In this document: one piece after another, positions 9,455 through 19,844 of the stretch
Numbering within the stretch: position 1 is the first letter of the stretch
Layout: every line of letters begins with the position of its first letter
Assembly: GCA_934167165.1 (NCBI GenBank)
Contig: CAKPKG010000003.1
Coordinates: 8,309 to 72,308, forward strand
Reading direction: 5' to 3'
DNA length: 64,000 bases
From: an uncultured Clostridia bacterium
Lineage (GTDB): Bacteria; Bacillota; Clostridia; TANB77; CAG-508
The notes under the pieces: generated by a model
What the model was told of the DNA's origin: nothing
What the model saw: only the letters and a program-made list of their open reading frames with translations
Databases searched by the model: none
Program-made: the position numbers and the translations under genes

Positions 9455-10057
9455 TTGATAAATTTTATAAATTCATGGGCACAAGGCATAATTTTAGCAG
9501 TAATAATTGCAACAATTATAGAAATAATACTTCCAGAAGGAAAAAATAAAAAATATGTAAAAACAGTAATAGGAATATATATATTATTTACAATAATTTA
9601 TCCATTGATAAATAAATTTACAAAACTTAATATAAATACATTAATTGAAAATACAACCAAACAAATGAGCACATACCAAGAAAACAATTCATTAAAAATA
9701 GATACAGACAAATATATAGAAAGTACATATAAAAAGAAAATAGAAGAAGATATAAAAAATAAAGCAAATGAAAAAAACTTAAATATAACTTTTTTAAATG
9801 TATATATAGAAACAGAAGATGAAAATCGATATGGAATGCTAAATAATTTAGTAATGAAAGTAGAAAAGGGAAAAACAAAAGAAAAAAATAGTAATACTGT
9901 AAATCAAATTAAAGAAGTGAACATTTCAAAAAATGTGCAAAATAATGAAACAATAGAAAATAAAACAGTAACAGAAAAAGAAATAAATGAATTCAAAGAA
10001 TATATAAATACTACATATTATTTAGAAAAAGAAAAAATCCACATAAATGAGCAATAA
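9455..10057 (+). CDS. spoIIIAF: stage III sporulation protein AF
   Basis: 200 aa with two N-terminal TM segments, at the expected operon position. Confidence 0.75.
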   Translation: MINFINSWAQGIILAVIIATIIEIILPEGKNKKYVKTVIGIYILFTIIYPLINKFTKLNINTLIENTTKQMSTYQENNSLKIDTDKYIESTYKKKIEEDIKNKANEKNLNITFLNVYIETEDENRYGMLNNLVMKVEKGKTKEKNSNTVNQIKEVNISKNVQNNETIENKTVTEKEINEFKEYINTTYYLEKEKIHINEQ

Positions 10058-10068
10058 GGAGGCCTAGA

Positions 10069-10698
10069 ATGTTAAAAGAAAGTATAAAGAAATTTAAGGA
10101 GTCTATTTCAAAACAAAAAGAACAAAATAATAAAAAGAATATAGAAAATTTGGTAGTGTTTTTAATTTTATTAATAATAACTGTAATTGCAATAAATACA
10201 ATATGGGGAGGAAAAAAAGAAAAAACAAAGCAAGAAGATAATACATCATATAAAAAATTAGCAGAAAATATAAATAACAGTATAGAGAGTAATAATAACC
10301 AGTTTAATGAATATAATTTAGAAGAAAATTTAGAGGACATACTATCTAAAATAGCAGGAGTTGGAAAAGTAAAAGTTCTAGTTACATACTCGGAAACCAG
10401 TGAAGTTGTAGCAATGTATAACGAAAAAAACACTTCAAACAATACAGAAGAAACGGATACAAATGGAGGTGTAAGAAAAATTGAACAAACAGATACAGAC
10501 AAAGAGATTATATACGAAGAAAAAAACGGACAAAAAACTCCAATAACACAAAAAGTAATTATGCCTAAAATAGAAGGAGCAATAATTACAGCAGAAGGAG
10601 CTTCAGATCCAATTATAAAAACAAACATAATTCAAGCTGTTTCAGCAGCAACAGGCATTTCTACATATAGAATACAAGTTTTTGAAATGTCAATCTAA
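10069..10698 (+). CDS. spoIIIAG: stage III sporulation protein AG
   Basis: 209 aa with one TM segment. The C-terminal domain has the motif PKIEGAIITAEGA. Confidence 0.8.
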   Translation: MLKESIKKFKESISKQKEQNNKKNIENLVVFLILLIITVIAINTIWGGKKEKTKQEDNTSYKKLAENINNSIESNNNQFNEYNLEENLEDILSKIAGVGKVKVLVTYSETSEVVAMYNEKNTSNNTEETDTNGGVRKIEQTDTDKEIIYEEKNGQKTPITQKVIMPKIEGAIITAEGASDPIIKTNIIQAVSAATGISTYRIQVFEMSI

Positions 10699-10742
10699 AA
10701 ATGTAGAGGTCATTATCTTTATTGACCTAAAGGAGAAGGTAT

Positions 10743-11405
10743 ATGAGAGTTTTAAAAAGAAATCAATTAATAGTGTTGGTAGTTTCATTAATGCTGATAA
10801 CAGCAGGATATTTAAACTTTACAACAAATCAAGAAAACGTTGCGACAAGTACAATAGCAGATAGAAGTGATACTGCAATAGGAGATGCGGAGTTTGTAAG
10901 TACAGTTCCTCATGAAGAAAATAAAACAGAAGAAAATGTGGTATCAGAGAATAACGAAAACAACACTACTAATGAAACTAATAGTGAACAGGAAAACATA
11001 ATAGAAACAAATGCAACAGAGCAAAAACAAGAAGAAAGTAAAAATGTTCATAGTCAAAAAGATTATTACTTTATAACATCTAAATTAGATAGAAATACAA
11101 TGTACTCTGAAACATTAGAAACATATCAAGAAATGTACAATAATGTAAATGCAACAGCAGAGCAAAAACAAGAAGCATTAAAAAAGATAAATAGTATAAA
11201 TAATACAAAAAATGCAATAATGATAGCAGAAAATTTAATAATAGCAAAGGAATTTGAAAACGTAGTAATATTTGCAAACGAAGGAAGTATAAGTGTTGTA
11301 GTAAAAGCAGAAGAACTAAAACCAGAAGAAGTAGCCCAAATACAAAACATAGTTTCAAGAGAATTAAATGCAGGAGCAGAAATAATACATATTAGCAACA
11401 AATAG
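10743..11405 (+). CDS. spoIIIAH: stage III sporulation protein AH
   Basis: 220 aa with an N-terminal TM segment, an acidic linker and a C-terminal YscJ/FliF-like region. Last gene of the operon. Confidence 0.75.
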   Translation: MRVLKRNQLIVLVVSLMLITAGYLNFTTNQENVATSTIADRSDTAIGDAEFVSTVPHEENKTEENVVSENNENNTTNETNSEQENIIETNATEQKQEESKNVHSQKDYYFITSKLDRNTMYSETLETYQEMYNNVNATAEQKQEALKKINSINNTKNAIMIAENLIIAKEFENVVIFANEGSISVVVKAEELKPEEVAQIQNIVSRELNAGAEIIHISNK

Positions 11406-11439
11406 AAGGTTAAGCATATAATACTCTAGGTGAGTTTAT

Positions 11440-11961
11440 ATGAAACAACTGTATTTAGATGCGAAAAATATAATGCAAAAAGACCCAGCGGCAAGAAGCA
11501 TATTAGAAGTTATTCTATTATATCCAGGATTTCATATACTGGTGTATCATAGAATAGCTCATTTTTTTTATAGATGTAAATTATTATTTTTAGCAAGAAT
11601 GATATCACAAATAGGAAGATTTTTTACCGGAATAGAAATACATCCAGGAGCTAAAATAGGAAAGAGATTATTTATAGATCATGGAATGGGAATTGTAATA
11701 GGAGAAACAGCAGAAATCGGAAATGATTGCACAATATATCATCAAGTGACACTAGGAGGGACAGGAAAAGACAAAAATAAAAGACATCCAACTATAGGAA
11801 ACAATGTAATGGTGGGAGCAGGAGCAAAAGTACTTGGCCCAATCGTTATAGGAAATCATGTAAAAATTGGTGCGGGATCAGTAGTTTTAAAAAATGTACA
11901 AGACAATGTAACGGTAGTTGGAACACCAATTAATAGAGTTATAAGAAAGATAGTTAATTAA
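11440..11961 (+). CDS. cysE: serine O-acetyltransferase
   Basis: DPAARS...HPGAKIG...[31 protein letters not shown] hexapeptide-repeat pattern. Confidence 0.85.
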   Translation: MKQLYLDAKNIMQKDPAARSILEVILLYPGFHILVYHRIAHFFYRCKLLFLARMISQIGRFFTGIEIHPGAKIGKRLFIDHGMGIVIGETAEIGNDCTIYHQVTLGGTGKDKNKRHPTIGNNVMVGAGAKVLGPIVIGNHVKIGAGSVVLKNVQDNVTVVGTPINRVIRKIVN

Positions 11962-12066
11962 CATACTGTGTAAAAATGTTAAAATATATATACTTTGTAA
12001 TATTGCTCTTTATTTTATTATGTGATATAAAAGAAGTAATATATTTTTTATAAAGGTGAATAAAAT

Positions 12067-13884
12067 ATGGAAAATAATGATAAAACAAAAAAGATGTTAG
12101 AATTATTAGAAAAGATGCAAGTAAAAAAAGATGAAGATAAAGATCTAATAGAAGAAATTAAAGAACATTTAAAAAATAACGAAATACCTTTAGCAATGAA
12201 AAAGTTACAAGTTATAAAAAATAGACAAGAGAAAGCAAAGAAAACTAAAAAATCAAAAAATGTAACTTTGCTAAAAAATGAAGAAGACATAGATTTTGTG
12301 GATGAAGAAGAGGAAAAACCAAAAAAAGTAAAAGTAAAAAAAGAAAAAGAAGAAAAGGAAGAAAAAATATATCCAAAAGAATTACAAGACGAAGAATTAG
12401 AACAAATCTTTTTAGGACTATTATTAAATAATCCAAAGTCAATAAGCATGTATTATATTATACATGAAGAGTGTTATTTTGAAAGCAAAAAGTTATTAAA
12501 TATATACAAAAGTATATTATTTACCGAAGGAGCAAATTATTCTTCAGAAGAGGCCAAAAGAGATTTTAACTTTGCAGAAACCACGCAAGAATCAATAGCA
12601 TTAAAAGAAAATTTAAGAAAAATGGTAGCAAATAAAACATACAATTTTGAAATTATATACAGAGATTTGAGAAAGCTATTTATATTAAGAAAAAATTATG
12701 CAAGTATGCCAATTAAAGAAACACAAGACAAAATTGCTGAAATAAGAAATTATAACTTGTATGAAAATATGTCTGTAGAAGAAGTAAGAGAAGCAATAAA
12801 TCAAGTTACTGTAACAGGTAAATTTAAGCAAGCGGTATTAAATGATGATCTAACAGAGTTCTTATTAGCAGGTGAAAACAGTTTAACAAATGGATTAAAT
12901 CTGCCATTTCCAATATTAAGTAGCGTATTTAAAGGAATAAGAAAAGGAGAAACGATGGCATTTGCTATGCCATCAAATTCAGGTAAGAGTAGATTTACAA
13001 TTAATTTAGCTAGTTATATAGCATTTAAACATAAGAAAAAAGTATTAATCATTTCAAATGAAATGTCTGAAGAAAAAATGAAATTATGCTTAATAACTAC
13101 TATTTTAAACAATCCAGAAATTCAAAAAATGCATGGACAAGAACTTGTAAAATCTGAAGGAGAATTACTAGAATTTAAGTTTAGACCAGATGATAATCAG
13201 AAGGTTGAAGTAGACGAGAATGGTTTTGTTTTGCAACAACCAAAAGAAACAAGAAAACAATTTATAAAAAGGCTAACACAGGTATCTACAGAATTTAATA
13301 AAACAATAAAAGTAACAGAATGGCTAAACGAGCAAATAAATAATTCGATTTATTTTATAAATATTACAGATCATACAAATGATGAATTAAAAAAAGTAAT
13401 TACAAATTATTATTATAAAGAAAAAATTGAATATATGTTTTATGATACAATGAAAACAGATACTCAAAACATAGGAAAAAGTGAAGAAATAAAGAAAACT
13501 GCAACAATAATTTCAAATTTAGCGCAGAATTTCAACATATTTATTGGGTATACTATGCAACTTACAGAAACAGCTACACTACCAGTAAATTTAACAATAA
13601 ATGATTTATCTGAAAGTAGAACTGTTAAGGAAGTTTTAGACACATTATGCTTAATAAAACAAATAAGTAATAAAACCCTTAAAGACTATGAATATTCATT
13701 AGAAGAAGTTGGAGAAAAATTTTATCCATTAAAAGAATACAAAGACCCAGATGAAAGATATTATGCATGCGTTGTAGATAAAAATAGAGCTGGCTCTAAA
13801 CCAAAAGTAGTATTTAATTTAAACTTAGCATATAATAGATGGGTTGAATTAGGATTTCTAAAATTAAAAGATTATAATGAATAG
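12067..13884 (+). CDS. DnaB-like helicase family protein with Lys/Glu-rich N-terminal extension
   Basis: DnaB-N-like EELEQIFLGLLLNNPKS and a RecA-type core with Walker A AMPSNSGKSRF. The first ~100 aa are low-complexity K/E. Confidence 0.55.
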   Translation: MENNDKTKKMLELLEKMQVKKDEDKDLIEEIKEHLKNNEIPLAMKKLQVIKNRQEKAKKTKKSKNVTLLKNEEDIDFVDEEEEKPKKVKVKKEKEEKEEKIYPKELQDEELEQIFLGLLLNNPKSISMYYIIHEECYFESKKLLNIYKSILFTEGANYSSEEAKRDFNFAETTQESIALKENLRKMVANKTYNFEIIYRDLRKLFILRKNYASMPIKETQDKIAEIRNYNLYENMSVEEVREAINQVTVTGKFKQAVLNDDLTEFLLAGENSLTNGLNLPFPILSSVFKGIRKGETMAFAMPSNSGKSRFTINLASYIAFKHKKKVLIISNEMSEEKMKLCLITTILNNPEIQKMHGQELVKSEGELLEFKFRPDDNQKVEVDENGFVLQQPKETRKQFIKRLTQVSTEFNKTIKVTEWLNEQINNSIYFINITDHTNDELKKVITNYYYKEKIEYMFYDTMKTDTQNIGKSEEIKKTATIISNLAQNFNIFIGYTMQLTETATLPVNLTINDLSESRTVKEVLDTLCLIKQISNKTLKDYEYSLEEVGEKFYPLKEYKDPDERYYACVVDKNRAGSKPKVVFNLNLAYNRWVELGFLKLKDYNE

Positions 13885-13996
13885 CCAAGAAATCTAAGTA
13901 AAAATAAAGAAAATATTTACAAATAACTTGTAAATATTTTTTTTATTGATATAATAAACAGAGAATTTTTAGAAGATTTTTTGAGGTGAATTTTAA

Positions 13997-15133
13997 ATGG
14001 TAAAAAAAGTTGCAATAATAACAAATGGTGGAGATTGCCCAGGATTAAATGCAGTAATCCGTGCGATAGTAAAAACAGCAGAAACTCATGGCGTAGAATG
14101 CTATGGATATATAGAAGGATACAAAGGAATGTTAGAGAACAATTATATAAAACTAGAATCAAATGGAAGTGCATCAGGTTTGCTTCATAGAGGAGGAACA
14201 ATTATAGGTGCATCTAACAGCACAAACCTATTTAATTATCCAGTAGAAGAAAATGGACAAACAGTATATAAAGATATGTCATATAAAGCAGTAGAAAATG
14301 TTAGAAATGCAGGCTTTGACTGTATATTTACATTAGGTGGAGATGGAACACAAAAATCAGCAAGAGATTTTTCTTTAAGAGGATTAAATGTAATAGGAGT
14401 TCCAAAAACAATAGATAATGATGTAGCACATTCAGAAATAACATTTGGATATAATACAGCTGTATCAGTCGCAACAGAAGCACTAGATAGATTACATTCA
14501 ACAGCAGAATCTCATCACAGAATAATGACATTAGAAGTAATGGGAAGATATGCAGGTTGGATAGCATTAGAATCAGCAATAGCAGGAGGAGCAGATGCTG
14601 CAATAATTCCAGAAATACCATATGATATAGAAAAAATTGTAGAAAAAATAAATAGAAGAAAAGAAGAAGGAAAAAAATTCAGCATAATAGTAGTGTCAGA
14701 AGGAGCAAAACCAAAAGACGGCGAATTAACAGTTAAAAGAACATTACATGATGGAGCAGGATTAGATAATATAAGACTTGGAGGAATAGGAGAAAAACTT
14801 TCAAGAGATTTAGAAGAATTAACTGGAATGGTATCTAGAAATACTGTACTTGGATATGTTCAAAGAGGAGGAACACCAACAGCATTTGATAGAGTTTTAT
14901 CTACAAAATATGGAAGCAAAGCAATGGAACTTGCATTAGCAGGTAAATTCAATGTACTAGTAACATTACAAAATGGAAAACTAGGATATGTAACATTAGA
15001 AGAAGTAGTAGGAAACAATAAAGAAATAGGTGCACGTTCAGGAGGAACAGAAAGCACAAACATAAAAAGAGTAACAATGGATGATGATTTAGTAAGAGTG
15101 GCAAGAGACTTAGATATTTGTTTAGGAGACTAG
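13997..15133 (+). CDS. pfkA: 6-phosphofructokinase
   Basis: VAIITNGGDCPGLNAVIRA, GGDGT, PKTIDND and MGR motifs. Confidence 0.92.
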   Translation: MVKKVAIITNGGDCPGLNAVIRAIVKTAETHGVECYGYIEGYKGMLENNYIKLESNGSASGLLHRGGTIIGASNSTNLFNYPVEENGQTVYKDMSYKAVENVRNAGFDCIFTLGGDGTQKSARDFSLRGLNVIGVPKTIDNDVAHSEITFGYNTAVSVATEALDRLHSTAESHHRIMTLEVMGRYAGWIALESAIAGGADAAIIPEIPYDIEKIVEKINRRKEEGKKFSIIVVSEGAKPKDGELTVKRTLHDGAGLDNIRLGGIGEKLSRDLEELTGMVSRNTVLGYVQRGGTPTAFDRVLSTKYGSKAMELALAGKFNVLVTLQNGKLGYVTLEEVVGNNKEIGARSGGTESTNIKRVTMDDDLVRVARDLDICLGD

Positions 15134-15149
15134 AAAGAGAGGAAGTAGA

Positions 15150-16859
15150 ATGGTAAATTTTAAACAAGAAATTGCAAAAGAAATTGCAGAAGTAACAAAT
15201 TTAGATAGCAAAGAATTAGAAAATTACATAGAAATCCCACCAAATAGCGATTTGGGAGATTATGCATTTCCATGTTTTAAACTTGCTAAAGAATTAAGAA
15301 AAGCACCACCAATGATTGCAAATGATATAAAAGAGAACATAAAAATAGATGAAAAAATAATAGAAAAAATTGAAGTTGTAGGTGGATATCTAAACATATA
15401 TGTAAACAAGCAAACATTAGCAGAAGAAGTACTAGAAGATGTTGCAAAAAATAAGGAGAAATATGGTTCATCAGATATTGGCAAAGGAAAAAACGTTGTA
15501 ATAGATTATTCTGCACCAAATATTGCAAAACCATTTCATATTGGGCATTTACGCTCAACAGTAATAGGAGGAGCCTTATATAAAATATATAATTTCCTTG
15601 GATACAACAGTGTAGGAATTAACTTTTTAGGAGACTGGGGACTTCAATTTGGAAAAGTTATGGCAGGAATTAAACTTTGGAAAGATGAATATGATTTTAA
15701 AAATGACGAAATGTCAAGTATATTAAAAACATATATACGTTTTAACAAAGAAGAAAAAGAAAAACCAGAGCTTACAGATTTAGCAAGAGCAGAATTCAAA
15801 AAGTTAGAAGAAGGAGACCAAGAAACATATAAGTTATGGGAACATATTAGAAAAATAAGTTTAGAAAACTACGAAAAAACATATAAATTATTAAATTCAA
15901 AATTTGATTCATACAACGGAGAAGCATACTATAACGATAAAATGGAACCAGTAGTAGAAGAATTAAAAGAAAAGGGATTATTAAAAGAATCTCAAGGTGC
16001 ACAAGTTGTAGATTTAGAAAAATATGATATGCCACCATGTATAATTATAACATCTGCTGGAACTACAATATATGCAACAAGGGATTTAGCATCTTTAAAA
16101 GATAGAATGAATACATATAACTTTGATAAAGCAATTTATGTTGTAGGAAATGAGCAAGCATTGCATTTTAAACAAGTATTCAAAGTTTTTGAACTAATGG
16201 GATATGAAGATTACGCGTCAAAATGTGTACACGTTCCTTTTGGACTTGTAGTAGATAAAAATGGAGAAAAGATAGGTTCAAGAAAAGGAAATTCAGTATT
16301 TCTAGAAGATATTTTAAATGAAGCAATAGATAAAGTAAAAGATATAATAAATGAAAAAAATCCAGAATTAGAAGATAAACAAGAAGTGGCAAGAAAAGTT
16401 GGGGTAGGAGCAATTATATTCAACGATTTATCAAATAGCAGAATTAAAGATGAAATATTTGATTGGGATATGCTTCTTAACTTCCAAGGGGAAACAGGTC
16501 CATATATTCAGTACATTTATGTAAGAACAAGAAGTTTACTAAATAAAGCAGGATATATGCCACATATAAAAGAAATAGATTTTTCAAAAATAAATGAAAA
16601 AGAGGCATTAGACACATTAAAGCTTATATATCAGTTTAATGAAGTTATAAAAAATGCTGCAGAAAAAAATGAGCCATCAATTTTAGCTAGATACTTAATA
16701 GATTTAAGTCAAAGCTTTAGTACATATTATAATGAACATAGAATAATTACAGAAGACAAAGACGTTCAAAATGCACGATTATTCTTAACATACGCAGTTG
16801 GAACGGTATTAAAAATAGGGGCAGAACTATTAGGAATGGAAATGCCAGAACGTATGTAA
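15150..16859 (+). CDS. argS: arginine--tRNA ligase
   Basis: SAPNIAKPFHIGHLRS (HIGH) and the class-I ArgRS layout. 569 aa, ending in ...PERM. Confidence 0.93.
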   Translation: MVNFKQEIAKEIAEVTNLDSKELENYIEIPPNSDLGDYAFPCFKLAKELRKAPPMIANDIKENIKIDEKIIEKIEVVGGYLNIYVNKQTLAEEVLEDVAKNKEKYGSSDIGKGKNVVIDYSAPNIAKPFHIGHLRSTVIGGALYKIYNFLGYNSVGINFLGDWGLQFGKVMAGIKLWKDEYDFKNDEMSSILKTYIRFNKEEKEKPELTDLARAEFKKLEEGDQETYKLWEHIRKISLENYEKTYKLLNSKFDSYNGEAYYNDKMEPVVEELKEKGLLKESQGAQVVDLEKYDMPPCIIITSAGTTIYATRDLASLKDRMNTYNFDKAIYVVGNEQALHFKQVFKVFELMGYEDYASKCVHVPFGLVVDKNGEKIGSRKGNSVFLEDILNEAIDKVKDIINEKNPELEDKQEVARKVGVGAIIFNDLSNSRIKDEIFDWDMLLNFQGETGPYIQYIYVRTRSLLNKAGYMPHIKEIDFSKINEKEALDTLKLIYQFNEVIKNAAEKNEPSILARYLIDLSQSFSTYYNEHRIITEDKDVQNARLFLTYAVGTVLKIGAELLGMEMPERM

Positions 16860-16892
16860 ATTTAAAATAAAATATTTAAGGAGGCAGTGATT

Positions 16893-17519
16893 ATGGAAGT
16901 AATCGAATTAAAACATCCATTAGTTGAACACAAATTAGCAATTTTAAGGGACAAAAAAACAGGAACAAAAGAATTTAGAGAGATAGTATCAGAACTTGCT
17001 ACAATGCTTTGCTACGAAGCAATGAAAGATGCAAAATTAGAAGAAGTAGAAATTGAAACACCAATTCAAAAAATGAAAACAAGAAAAATAAATGAAGATA
17101 ATTATGCATTCGTTCCAATTTTAAGAGCTGGAACAGGTATGCTAGATGGAATAATTCAAGTAGTACCAAATGCTAAAATAGGACATGTTGGTATGTATAG
17201 AGATGAAGAAACATTTAAACCAAATGTATACTTCTTTAAAGTACCAAAAGATATAGCTCAAAGAGAAGTTTTAATATTAGACCCAATGCTTGCAACAGGT
17301 GGTTCAGGAATAGATGCAATAGAACTAATTAAAGAAAAAGGTGTAAAAAATATTAAATTCTTATGTATAATAGCTGCTCCAGAAGGAATAAAAGCAATGC
17401 AAGAAAAACATCCAGATGTACAAATTTATTGTGCAGCAATAGATGAAAGACTAAATGAACATGCTTACATAATACCAGGACTTGGAGATGCAGGAGATAG
17501 AATATTTGGAACAAAATAA
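16893..17519 (+). CDS. upp: uracil phosphoribosyltransferase
   Basis: HPLVEHKL start, ILRAG, DPMLATGGS PRPP loop and YIIPGLGDAGDR. ATG at 16893 follows aaggagg. Confidence 0.93.
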   Translation: MEVIELKHPLVEHKLAILRDKKTGTKEFREIVSELATMLCYEAMKDAKLEEVEIETPIQKMKTRKINEDNYAFVPILRAGTGMLDGIIQVVPNAKIGHVGMYRDEETFKPNVYFFKVPKDIAQREVLILDPMLATGGSGIDAIELIKEKGVKNIKFLCIIAAPEGIKAMQEKHPDVQIYCAAIDERLNEHAYIIPGLGDAGDRIFGTK

Positions 17520-17526
17520 GAATGAA

Positions 17527-17549
17527 AAAAAGGGGAATTTTCCCCTTTT
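17527..17549. terminator. bidirectional hairpin terminator
   Basis: aaaagggga-attt-tcccctttt, between upp (+) and the 17548..17883 gene (-). Confidence 0.7.
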
Positions 17550-17883
17550 ATTCATAATTGTCACTAGTGTCAAACGGAGTTATTAAAAAAATTCTAAAAA
17601 TACATCCGTTTTTCATAAGCTCTTTCAAAAGAAAAAGAGATTCTTCTCTTGACATAGATGTAGCAACTTTTCTTTGACCACCCAATACAGTGATTAAAAT
17701 CCCATCTAGATTCTGATTAAATTCATAATGGAATGAATCTAAATCTGTTAAAGATAAAGAAATCGTTTTCAAAACACTGGTTTTTATTGCTGGAAGAAAA
17801 AGCATAGAATCAACTTGATAGTCAAGCCGATAACTTGCTATCACAACTTTTTTATTTGTGATAGCTATCTTCATTTCTGTCAT
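17548..17883 (-). CDS. hypothetical protein (contains an in-frame CGG that must be read through)
   Basis: 111-aa ORF with a ggaggg RBS 7 nt upstream of ATG. Codon choice is atypical for this window (CGG, CCG, GGG, CTT). No family recognised. Confidence 0.5.
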   Translation of the reverse strand: MTEMKIAITNKKVVIASYRLDYQVDSMLFLPAIKTSVLKTISLSLTDLDSFHYEFNQNLDGILITVLGGQRKVATSMSREESLFLLKELMKNGCIFRIFLITPFDTSDNYE

Positions 17884-18039
17884 ACAAAGCCCTCCAAATA
17901 AAATTTGATAAAATAATTATACCACATTAATGTACATAAAATCAAACTGTAAAAAATACTAAAAAAATATTGCTTTTTTACAGTTAAACAATATATAATA
18001 TAAAAGCTAGATAAATATATTATAGTAGGAGGCAAACAA

Positions 18040-19404
18040 TTGAGAAAATATTTTGGAACAGATGGAATTAGAAGAATTGCAAATACAGAACTTACACCAG
18101 AATTAGTGTATAAAGTTGCAAAGGCTGGAGCATATGTTTTATCAAAACATGCAGATCACGCTCCAACTATATTAATTGGTAGAGATACAAGGCTTTCAGG
18201 AACATTAATAGAAAGCGCAATGACAGCAGGATTTTTAAGTTATGGTGCTAATGTTAAATTAGTAGGGGTTATGCCAACTCCGGCAGTGGCATACTTAACA
18301 AAAAAATTAAAAGCAGATGCAAGCGTTGTAATATCTGCATCACATAATACTTTTGAATTTAATGGAGTTAAATATTTTAGTAATAAAGGAATGAAAATAT
18401 CTGACGAATTAGAAGAAGAAATAGAAGAAGTTATGGATTCTGGAAAAATAAATGAGTTAATTGCTGTACATAATAAAATAGGAGTAGCAGAAGATGCAAC
18501 AGATTTAATGGATGAATATGTTTGTTTATTTAGAAGGATTTTTGAAGATAATATAGAAGAACACTTAAAAGATGATTTTATAGTAGGCCTAGACGTAGCA
18601 AATGGAGCAACATATAAAGTTGCAGAAGAAGTATTTAAAAAATTAGGAATAAAATACAAAATAATAAATAATAATCCAGATGGAATAAATATAAATCATG
18701 ATTGCGGTTCAACACATTTAGAAGGATTAAAAAAATTCGTTTTGGAAAATAATTTGAGTTTAGGAATAGCATATGATGGGGACGGAGACAGATGTTTAGC
18801 AATAGACGAAAAAGGAAATCTTATAGATGGAGATAAACTACTTGCAATATTCTCAAAGTACTTACAAGAAAAAGGAAAGCTAAAAAACAATACTTTAGTT
18901 GCAACAATTATGAGCAACATGGGCTTGAATAAATTTGCTGAAAATAACAATATAAATTTAAAACAAACAAAAGTTGGAGACAGATATGTTTTAGAAGAAA
19001 TGCTAAAAAATGATTATAATTTAGGTGGAGAGCAATCTGGCCATATTATATTATTAGATCACAATCCAACAGGAGATGGAATTCTTACATCACTTATGCT
19101 TATACAAATTTTGTTAGAAAAAAATGTTTTGCCATCTGAACTTTGTGATATAATACAAATATATCCACAAGTATTGGTAAATGCAAAAGTAAATTCAACT
19201 AAAAAGAATCAGTATTTAGAAGATAAAGAAATTCAAAACAAAATTAAAGAACTTGAAAAAGAGTTTGCAAACGATGGAAGAGTTGTAATTAGACCTTCTG
19301 GAACAGAACCATTAATAAGAGTTATGATAGAAGGAAAAGATAAAGAATACATCTCAAAAGAAGCAAAGGAATTAGCAGAAATAATAGAAGAAAAATTAAA
19401 CTAG
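18040..19404 (+). CDS. glmM: phosphoglucosamine mutase
   Basis: YFGTDGIRR start, active-site ISASHN, DGDGDR and GEQSGH motifs. Confidence 0.93.
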   Translation: MRKYFGTDGIRRIANTELTPELVYKVAKAGAYVLSKHADHAPTILIGRDTRLSGTLIESAMTAGFLSYGANVKLVGVMPTPAVAYLTKKLKADASVVISASHNTFEFNGVKYFSNKGMKISDELEEEIEEVMDSGKINELIAVHNKIGVAEDATDLMDEYVCLFRRIFEDNIEEHLKDDFIVGLDVANGATYKVAEEVFKKLGIKYKIINNNPDGININHDCGSTHLEGLKKFVLENNLSLGIAYDGDGDRCLAIDEKGNLIDGDKLLAIFSKYLQEKGKLKNNTLVATIMSNMGLNKFAENNNINLKQTKVGDRYVLEEMLKNDYNLGGEQSGHIILLDHNPTGDGILTSLMLIQILLEKNVLPSELCDIIQIYPQVLVNAKVNSTKKNQYLEDKEIQNKIKELEKEFANDGRVVIRPSGTEPLIRVMIEGKDKEYISKEAKELAEIIEEKLN

Positions 19405-19463
19405 TCATTAATTTTATTATACATATTAGAAAAAATATAAGAAAAACAAAGGAGGAAAACGGA

Positions 19464-19817
19464 ATGTTTATTATTAATTTAACAGATCCACTTACATTAA
19501 TATTGTTATTAACAGCAACAATATTATCAATAATATTAGGAAAGGAAACAAAAAAACCAATTGCACCAGCAATAGCTTTGACAGTATTTTTAGCTTTAGT
19601 ATTAATGCATAGCATACAACTATCAATTCTACCACAAGTAGTGCAAGAAGTAGATTTACAATCATACAAGTCAGCATTAATAGGAAGTATTGGATTTGAC
19701 TGTGCGCTTATATTTATATCTTTCTTCGGATATTTATGGATCGATGACATATCTAGTAAATTTTATAAAAAGAAAAGTATTGATAATAGTTTAGATTGGT
19801 TTTGGAATAAAATTTAA
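19464..19817 (+). CDS. small polytopic membrane protein, unknown function
   Basis: 117 aa with three hydrophobic segments and an aaaggagg RBS. Confidence 0.5.
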   Translation: MFIINLTDPLTLILLLTATILSIILGKETKKPIAPAIALTVFLALVLMHSIQLSILPQVVQEVDLQSYKSALIGSIGFDCALIFISFFGYLWIDDISSKFYKKKSIDNSLDWFWNKI

Positions 19818-19844
19818 AACCAATGATGGACAGGAGGAATTTTA

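Noticed and set aside
10682-10864. The 60-aa ORF overlapping the spoIIIAG/spoIIIAH junction.
   Set aside because: It overlaps the well-placed spoIIIAH start (aaggagaagg RBS, ATG 10743) in another frame, and nothing independently supports it.
15134-19844. T-box leaders upstream of argS and metG.
   Set aside because: The intergenic gaps (16 nt before argS, 27 nt before metG) are far too short for a T-box riboswitch.
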